Shown here one piece after another: positions 57,833-64,000 of a DNA stretch of 64,000 nt (positions are counted from its first letter, which is position 1; the number at the start of each line of letters is the position of its first letter). This stretch comes from Gemmatimonadota bacterium (GTDB taxonomy: Bacteria; Latescibacterota; UBA2968; GCA-2709665), in NCBI GenBank assembly GCA_028874335.1, contig JAPPJY010000003.1:1618-65617 (forward strand). Direction: 5' to 3'. The notes beneath the pieces were generated by a model, which was not told the DNA's origin, ran no database searches, and saw nothing but the letters and a program-made list of their open reading frames with translations. The translations under genes were made by a program, and so were the position numbers.

Positions 57833-58369
57833 ATCAACAGAGGTCCAAGAGTTTTCAGAGATCGAAAGCAGGAACGAGCGCCCCGCGTCAACGAACAGAT
57901 TCGAATACCCCAGATCCGGCTTGTCGACAAGGATGGCGAGCAGGTCGGCATCGTGGAAACCAGGAAGGCGATGGAAATGGCAATGGAGGCCGACCTCGAC
58001 CTGGTCGAAGTCGCTCCTAACGCCCGTCCGCCGGTCTGCCGGATCATGAACTACGGCAAGTACCGGTATGAACAGAGCAAGAAGCAAAAGAAAGGCAAGA
58101 AGACCGGATCGCAGCTGAAAGAGATCCGCCTCGGTCCCAGAATCAGCGATCACGATTACGAATTCAAGATACGCCACGCCGAAAACTTCCTGAAACACCG
58201 ACACAAGGTCAGAATCACCGTGGAATTTCGCGGCCGTCAGAATATGTACCGAATGCAGGGCAGAGAGCTGCTGGAACGGGCTGAAGAGGACCTTCGTGAG
58301 ATCGGCGCGGCCGAAATGCCCATCAGGGACGAGGGCCGAAACATCGTCGTCATTCTTGCGCCGAAGTAA
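57833..58369 (+). CDS. infC: translation initiation factor IF-3
   Basis: RVNEQI, DLVEVAPNARPPVCRIMNYGK, FRGR; probable ATC start 8 nt after GGAGG. Confidence 0.96.
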   Translation: MNRGPRVFRDRKQERAPRVNEQIRIPQIRLVDKDGEQVGIVETRKAMEMAMEADLDLVEVAPNARPPVCRIMNYGKYRYEQSKKQKKGKKTGSQLKEIRLGPRISDHDYEFKIRHAENFLKHRHKVRITVEFRGRQNMYRMQGRELLERAEEDLREIGAAEMPIRDEGRNIVVILAPK

Positions 58370-58444
58370 CGTCCGCCGAGCGGCCCGGCTGCCGGTTTCC
58401 AAACTCCGTGCGCCACAAAAACGAGTCTTTCCAAGGAGTTGAAC

Positions 58445-58639
58445 GTGCCCAAGATGAAAACCCACCGAGGAGCGGCGAAACGGTTCAAACGCCGGAAATC
58501 CGGCGTTATCGGCCGCGGTAAGTCAACGGTCACGCATAATCTGACAAGCAAGAGCAGCAAACGCAAAATGCATCTGCGCAAACCCACCGTAGTGCATAAA
58601 TCCGATCAGGACCGGGTTCAGCGCCTGCTTCCCAAGTAA
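58445..58639 (+). CDS. rpmI: 50S ribosomal protein L35
   Basis: (M)[14 protein letters not shown]; AAGGAG RBS before GTG. Confidence 0.96.
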   Translation: MPKMKTHRGAAKRFKRRKSGVIGRGKSTVTHNLTSKSSKRKMHLRKPTVVHKSDQDRVQRLLPK

Positions 58640-58768
58640 CGGACCGAACCGATTTCGAGTTGGAAGCGCCGCTTCCGCCAACCTGCAGTGGCCGGCGAAT
58701 TCAGGTCGCATATTACCGGAAACAGACACGTCCCGCACACTGCCAGGCGCCACCAGGAGACCATCGAC

Positions 58769-59122
58769 ATGCCAAGAACGACGAACAGCGTCGCTTCGCG
58801 ACGCCGGCGAAAGAAAGTACTGAAGGCCGCTCGCGGGTACCGGGGAGGGCGAAGCAAACTGTATCGCACCGCGGACGACGCCGTCAACCGCGCCCTTTCC
58901 TATGCATACAGGGACCGTCGTCAGAAAAAGAGAAATTTCAGATCTTTGTGGATCGTTCGAATCAATGCCGCCGCACGGCTGAACGGGCTATCGTACAGCA
59001 GCCTGATCAGCGGCCTGAAAAAGGCCGATATTTCCGTCGACAGAAAGGTCCTGGCCAACCTCGCCGTCACAGATCCGGCGGCGTTCTCCGCGTTGGCCCA
59101 ACAAGCCCGCCAACACGTGTAA
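58769..59122 (+). CDS. rplT: 50S ribosomal protein L20
   Basis: MPR...[35 protein letters not shown]. Confidence 0.97.
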   Translation: MPRTTNSVASRRRRKKVLKAARGYRGGRSKLYRTADDAVNRALSYAYRDRRQKKRNFRSLWIVRINAAARLNGLSYSSLISGLKKADISVDRKVLANLAVTDPAAFSALAQQARQHV

Positions 59123-59217
59123 TCTGCCCGCCAGGGCCGACGGAACCCATCGCTGCATCGCCCCCTCGAATCGCTTCCGAATTCGTTCCTGCCCCCCTTG
59201 CGTACGGTATCCCGTCC

Positions 59218-59246
59218 TTGACTTTACGCCATGGACGTGTTACATT
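59218..59246 (+). promoter_or_regulatory. sigma70 promoter of the zapB-like/zapA operon
   Basis: TTGACT-N17-TACATT immediately before MITE copy 2. Confidence 0.6.
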
Positions 59247-59255
59247 GCGTAGTAA

Positions 59256-59417
59256 GAAGCTGTTTTAAAATTACCGGTGAGTTCCCGAGCGCGAGCGAAA
59301 AAGCGGCGGTCAAGGCGGGAAAATTCGCCCATATTTGTCTATACGGGTGGATTTGACCAACGCTGACCGGCACTTTTGCAGCCGTGCGAAGACCGCTGGG
59401 AATTTAAAGACAGCTTC
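59256..59417. mobile_element. MITE copy 2 (162 bp)
   Basis: GAAGCTGTTTTAAAATT...AATTTAAAGACAGCTTC inverted ends, TAA target duplication. Confidence 0.85.
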
Positions 59418-59495
59418 TAAGGCTGCTCGGACGCTGTATTGTCGCCTCAATGCACGACTTTCTGAGAACTGTGTCTGCAAGGAAAGGTTGAGAAT

Positions 59496-60059
59496 ATGGA
59501 AGCGCAAGATCCGGTAAACAAACAATCGGATTCGGAAGCCAGTGACGCCGCACCTTTCGTATCTGTCAATGAACCGGAGGAGCCGTTGGAATCGGATGGC
59601 CCGGAAGAAGGTCAGCTCGATCTGCAGGATCAGCAGAGCGGTTCCATTGAATCCCCCGGCGCAACAGACGAACCGCAGGAACCGGATGGCCGGGAAGATC
59701 CACAGATCGAACTTGACGACCGGGTAGACGGAGAACCGGGAGCCGATGACGTGGAAGACGACCGGCTGGAGTCGGAAAACCTCGTTTCCGATCAGCTGGA
59801 TCTGCTTTTTGGCGAGATCGATCGCGCAGTCGGCGTTATCGGACAGTTACGTGAGGAAATCGCCGAACTCGAGCGGAGAAACGGGGAACTCCAACAGCGG
59901 CTGGAAGCGCAGGATCAGGTTATCAACGGGTTGCAGGCCGAACGGGAACGTCTCCGGTCCATTTACGAAAGAAATGCTTCACTGATTGAGAACAGGGAGG
60001 AGATCCAACGCAAAATCGAAACCATGATCTCGCGTCTGGATTCAGTGAACACAGCGTAA
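59496..60059 (+). CDS. ZapB-like coiled-coil protein with acidic N-terminal extension
   Basis: C-terminal coiled coil ending REEIQRKIETMISRL; position upstream of zapA. Confidence 0.7.
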   Translation: MEAQDPVNKQSDSEASDAAPFVSVNEPEEPLESDGPEEGQLDLQDQQSGSIESPGATDEPQEPDGREDPQIELDDRVDGEPGADDVEDDRLESENLVSDQLDLLFGEIDRAVGVIGQLREEIAELERRNGELQQRLEAQDQVINGLQAERERLRSIYERNASLIENREEIQRKIETMISRLDSVNTA

Positions 60060-60126
60060 AACAGCAACGTCGACATCCACACGGAACCACATCGTTTCGC
60101 ATCGCCTCCGGATGTCTAGAGGACTC

Positions 60127-60411
60127 ATGTCTGAACAACCGGCAATACGCGTCCAGATCTTCGGCACCGAATACAACATCCACGCTGAAGGCGACCCGGC
60201 CCATGCCCGGGCCGTCGCTCGATGCGTGGACCGGAAAATGCGTGATGTCGCAAACTTCATTTCACTTCGTTCGGTTGCCAAAATCGCAGTCGTTGCGGCC
60301 GTGAATCTTGCGCACGAACTGCTCAGAGAGGAAGAAGCCAGTCGGAAGATGGGAAAGACCCTGACCGAACAGACCCGGAATCTGGCGACTTTCACAAACC
60401 GGATCGCGTAG
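60127..60411 (+). CDS. zapA: cell division protein ZapA
   Basis: VQIFGTEYNI, VDRKM, AVVAAVNLAHEL. Confidence 0.9.
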   Translation: MSEQPAIRVQIFGTEYNIHAEGDPAHARAVARCVDRKMRDVANFISLRSVAKIAVVAAVNLAHELLREEEASRKMGKTLTEQTRNLATFTNRIA

Positions 60412-60482
60412 AGACGACCTCAAACAAAAAGGGCGTGCCGGCGGTCGCGGGCGCCCCTGCCGGATAATCGATTCCGGTGTTG

Positions 60483-60572
60483 CCTGCTGCGTTCATCTGT
60501 AACCATCCGGAGCGGACACTCCAGCCCGGTCGGGATGTACGGAACCGGATGAATGCAAGCGGGTTTTTTTTT
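60483..60572 (+). ncRNA. rod-like hairpin in the ssrS (6S RNA) position, atypically short; or a terminator
   Basis: CCTGCTGCGTTCATCTG pairs with CGGATGAATGCAAGCGGG, internal bubble, CATCC/GGATG stem, U9 tail; lies between zapA and rny. Confidence 0.4.
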
Positions 60573-60604
60573 GCGCGTGGTACCTATAATGCGGGGAGAC
60601 CAGA

Positions 60605-62191
60605 ATGAACCTGCCGATAGACACGACCATGGAAGTCGTGACCGTTCTCATGCTGTCGGCCGGCCTGCTCATATTGGGATTTATCCTGGGATGGCTGATC
60701 AGCGGCAAGATCGGGCAAAGCAAGATCCATCGCGCCGAACTATCCGCGGAAAAGATCCTCGAAGATGCCCAGACCGAGGCGGACGCGATGAAGCGGACCG
60801 CAGTCCTCGAAGCCAAAGACAGGATACAGCAGGAGCAGCTCCGGTTCGAACAGCAACTAAAAGAAAAACGCGATCGGTCCGCGCGTGAGGAAATGAAGCT
60901 GAGCAGTCTCAGAAGGCAGCTTGACAAACGTGCGGACCTGTTGAACGACAAGGAGAAACTGGCAACCGAGAAAAACGAGCAGCTCCTGCAGCTGGAGGAG
61001 CAACTCGCCGGTCGGGAACGGGACCTCGAACAGAGCCGGCTGGTGCAGAACAGGCGTCTGGAACAAATCGCGGGTCTCACGAAGGACGAGGCAAAACGCG
61101 TCCTGATGACCAATATGGAAGAGGAGGCGGAACGCGATGCGGAATGGCGTCTCAAGGAAATCCGCGACGACGCGCTCGTCCGCGCCAACGACGAGGCCCG
61201 GGAGATTATAGCCGGCGCGATTCAGCGATTGGCCGCCGACCACACGATCGAATCCACCGTTGCGGTCGTACGGCTTCCTTCCGACGAGATGAAGGGTCGA
61301 ATCATCGGCCGTGAGGGGCGGAACATCCGCGCCTTTGAAATGGCGACCGGAGTGGATGTCACGATCGACGACACCCCGGAAGCAGTCATCCTGTCGGGGT
61401 TCGATCCCATACGCCGCGCCATCGCCCAGATCGCCATGGAGCAACTCATTCTGGACGGTCGCATCCACCCGGGCCGGATCGAGGAAATCGTCCAGAAATC
61501 GCGGGAGTCCATTCAGGAAGTGATGCACGATGCGGGCGTCCAGGCGGCATTCGACGCCGGCGTACCGGGCCTGCACGATCGCCTCGTTGCCTGCCTGGGC
61601 CGCCTCAAATACCGGACGAGCTACGGCCAGAACGTGCTGAATCACAGTAAGGAGGTGGCCTACCTTACCGGCATGATGGCCACCTCGCTCGGCCTCGACG
61701 CCCAATTGGCCAAACGCGCGGGACTGCTTCACGATATCGGAAAGGGGCTGGCGCACGAAGCCGAGGGCACGTACGGAGAAAATGGCGCTGACCTGGCTCG
61801 CAAATACGGCGAAGACGCAATCGTTATCAACGCGATCGAAGCCCATCATGGAGATTCGGACCCCGTTTCACCGGTCGCCGTACTGGTGGACGCCGCCGAT
61901 TCCATATCCCGGTCCCGGCCGGGCGCCCAGCGTGAACAGATCGAGAATTACGTCCGGCGGCTGGAACGCCTGGAGTCCATCGCCAAGATGGTACAGGGCG
62001 TGGAATCGGTCTTCGCCATCAAGGCGGGACAGGAGGTCCGCGTGGTTGCGGATTCCGATATGATGAGCGACGCAGACACCGAACGCCTGGCGACGCAGAT
62101 CGTATCGCGCCTCACGGAGGACGCCACCTGCCCGGGTCCGGTCAAGGTCACCGTCATCAGAGAAACGCGCTCGGTGGATTTCGCGCGCTGA
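60605..62191 (+). CDS. rny: ribonuclease Y
   Basis: N-terminal TM, coiled coil, KH domain (KGRIIGREGRNIR), HD domain (LLHDIGK). Confidence 0.97.
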   Translation: MNLPIDTTMEVVTVLMLSAGLLILGFILGWLISGKIGQSKIHRAELSAEKILEDAQTEADAMKRTAVLEAKDRIQQEQLRFEQQLKEKRDRSAREEMKLSSLRRQLDKRADLLNDKEKLATEKNEQLLQLEEQLAGRERDLEQSRLVQNRRLEQIAGLTKDEAKRVLMTNMEEEAERDAEWRLKEIRDDALVRANDEAREIIAGAIQRLAADHTIESTVAVVRLPSDEMKGRIIGREGRNIRAFEMATGVDVTIDDTPEAVILSGFDPIRRAIAQIAMEQLILDGRIHPGRIEEIVQKSRESIQEVMHDAGVQAAFDAGVPGLHDRLVACLGRLKYRTSYGQNVLNHSKEVAYLTGMMATSLGLDAQLAKRAGLLHDIGKGLAHEAEGTYGENGADLARKYGEDAIVINAIEAHHGDSDPVSPVAVLVDAADSISRSRPGAQREQIENYVRRLERLESIAKMVQGVESVFAIKAGQEVRVVADSDMMSDADTERLATQIVSRLTEDATCPGPVKVTVIRETRSVDFAR

Positions 62192-62355
62192 ACCGGCCGG
62201 CGCGACTCCGGTCGCATTCCGGGTGCTCTTTCCCGCGGCATCCGCAACCCGGGCGTCCGCACGGCCCGTTCCGGAGTTGCCTCGGGGCGACAGACAACTT
62301 GCCGGCTTTCGTTTTGCGCACCGTCAATCGTCGATTGCACTTTGTGGGTTTCCTT

Positions 62356-63144
62356 TTGAATATCCTGTTTGTTGGCGATATCTACGGCAGGCCCGGCAGA
62401 AAGGCGGCCGCGGACCTGATTCCCCGGCTCAGGGAGAGTCACCGGATCGATTTTTGCATTGCCAACGGCGAAAACGCCGCAGGCGGTTTCGGCATCACCG
62501 AGAATATCGCCAAGAAACTCTTCGCCTACGGGGCGGATGTAATCACCACGGGAAACCATGTCTGGGACCGCAAAGACGCCATACCATACATCTTTGGCGC
62601 CGACCGCGTACTGCGCCCCGCTAATTTTCCGGATAGCGTCGGCGGCGCCGGCTACGGCGTCTTCAACGCCTCGAACGGCGCCCCGGTCGGCGTCGTCTGC
62701 ATGCAGGGACGGGTAAATATGCTCGACCTGGACTGCCCCTTCCGCGTCGGAAGGGATATCGTGGACTGCCTGAGACAACGGACCACGGCGATCGTCGTCG
62801 ATTTTCACGCAGAAGCGAGTTCCGAAAAAATCGCGTACGGATGGTTTATGGACGGCCGCGCCAGCGCCGTACTTGGCACGCATACCCACGTGCAGACCGC
62901 CGATGAGCGTATTCTGCCGGGCGGTACGGCCTACGTGTCCGACGCCGGCATGACCGGCCCTCACGACTCCGTGATCGGCGCCCGGAAGGAGGCCGTCATC
63001 CAGCGGTTTCTGGACCGGACGCCTGTGCGGTTCGAACCGGCTGAAAACGACATCAAGCTATGCGGCGTCGTCGTGGAAGTCGAAGAAGAAACCGGGAAAG
63101 CGACACGCATAGAAAGATTGCGCGTCGACTGGCAGGAGGCCTGA
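62356..63144 (+). CDS. TIGR00282/YmdB-family metallophosphoesterase
   Basis: ILFVGDIYGRPG, NGENAAGG, TGNHVWD, DFHAEA.SEK, GTHTHVQTADE. Confidence 0.94.
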   Translation: MNILFVGDIYGRPGRKAAADLIPRLRESHRIDFCIANGENAAGGFGITENIAKKLFAYGADVITTGNHVWDRKDAIPYIFGADRVLRPANFPDSVGGAGYGVFNASNGAPVGVVCMQGRVNMLDLDCPFRVGRDIVDCLRQRTTAIVVDFHAEASSEKIAYGWFMDGRASAVLGTHTHVQTADERILPGGTAYVSDAGMTGPHDSVIGARKEAVIQRFLDRTPVRFEPAENDIKLCGVVVEVEEETGKATRIERLRVDWQEA

Positions 63145-63146
63145 AC

Positions 63147-64000
63147 GTGGCGGAGCGCCCATACACCGTTACCGAGATAACGCAGGCCATTCGACAGAAT
63201 CTGGAAGCGGAGTTCCCCGTCCTCTGGATCGTCGGTGAAATCTCGCAATACAACCAGGCGGCTTCCGGCCACCGTTATTTCACCATCATAGATCAGAACT
63301 GCCAGCTTCGCTGTGTGATGTGGCGGTCAGCCACGCCGGCCTTCAGGCCCGAAACCGGCGTAAAGGTGCTCGCCCGGGGACGGATCACGGTCTACGAACG
63401 CAGCGGCGAGTACCAGTTGAACGTCAGCCAGCTCTTCCCGGCCGGCAGCGGTCAGCAGCAACTCGCCCTGGAAGCGCTGAAACTCAAACTTCGGGAGGAA
63501 GGTCTGTTCGACCAGGCGCGGAAACGCCCGCTGCCGGCGTTTCCGCTTTCTGTCGGCGTGGTCACCTCGCGCACGGGGGCGGCGATCCGGGACATTCTGC
63601 ACGTGCTGGAAAGGAGGTTCCGCGGGGTCAACATCGTCGTCCGGCCCACCCTGGTTCAGGGCGCCGGAGCCCCCGAAGACATCGCGCTGGCCATCCACGA
63701 ACTGAACGCCTACGGCAAGGTCGACGTGCTGATCGTGGGGCGCGGCGGGGGTTCCGCGGAAGACCTGGCCGCGTTCAACACCGAAATCGTCGTCCGGGCC
63801 ATCCGCGGTTCCGGAATCCCGGTGATTTCCGCCGTAGGCCATGAAATCGACGTCACCCTTGCGGACCTTGCCGCGGACTGCAGGGCGCCCACGCCATCCG
63901 CGGCGGCCGAACTTGCCGTTCGCGACGCAGGCGAGTTACGCGCCCGGATCCAGAACCTCGCGGGGAGGTCGTACGCCGCCCTCAATCGCTACCTGAAGGA
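63147..64000 (+). CDS. xseA: exodeoxyribonuclease VII large subunit (runs off the window)
   Basis: Manual translation: YTVTEI, GEIS, SGHRYF, GVVTSRTGAAIRD, GRGGGSAEDL, SAVGHEID, APTPSAAAE. Confidence 0.96.
   Translation, partial: MAERPYTVTEITQAIRQNLEAEFPVLWIVGEISQYNQAASGHRYFTIIDQNCQLRCVMWRSATPAFRPETGVKVLARGRITVYERSGEYQLNVSQLFPAGSGQQQLALEALKLKLREEGLFDQARKRPLPAFPLSVGVVTSRTGAAIRDILHVLERRFRGVNIVVRPTLVQGAGAPEDIALAIHELNAYGKVDVLIVGRGGGSAEDLAAFNTEIVVRAIRGSGIPVISAVGHEIDVTLADLAADCRAPTPSAAAELAVRDAGELRARIQNLAGRSYAALNRYLK

Overview
High-GC bacterial chromosomal segment. The gene content (five PhyH dioxygenases, many Gfo/Idh/MocA, enolase-superfamily and amidohydrolase enzymes, an EF-hand/dockerin-type secreted protein, BMC genes) resembles Latescibacterota/Gemmatimonadota/Poribacteria-like marine or sponge-associated organisms; this is an inference only. 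Housekeeping genes (CCA-adding enzyme, murA, rlmN, larC, dapF, hisN, queE, thrS-infC-rpmI-rplT, zapB-like/zapA-rny-ymdB-like-xseA, tRNA-Val, tRNA-Phe) flank catabolic accessory blocks. The most notable region is a same-strand run at about 17.5-35 kb. It contains (1) an uncharacterised transport system: a LolD/MacB-type ATPase, two OPT/DUF6785-like polytopic membrane proteins and a 1511-aa pseudo-M28-peptidase::FtsX-permease fusion. This is followed by (2) a microcompartment locus whose 2-domain and 4-domain BMC ORFs sum to exactly six domains and would fuse through a one-nucleotide (-1) shift at a CCCC-TGA site into a ~575-aa single-chain 'hexamer', plus a DapA-family aldolase with BMC-type extensions. 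Other observations: a promoter-to-terminator-bounded ~138-nt structured RNA, a LexA-box-like operator in a sigma-factor promoter, a heme-c/copper-monooxygenase fusion, a Ser/Ser DapF, two copies of a TAA-flanked MITE, nested REP-like palindromes and an unusually short hairpin in the 6S RNA position. No CRISPR array, integrase or prophage was seen. Family assignments come from motif recognition by eye, not from database searches.
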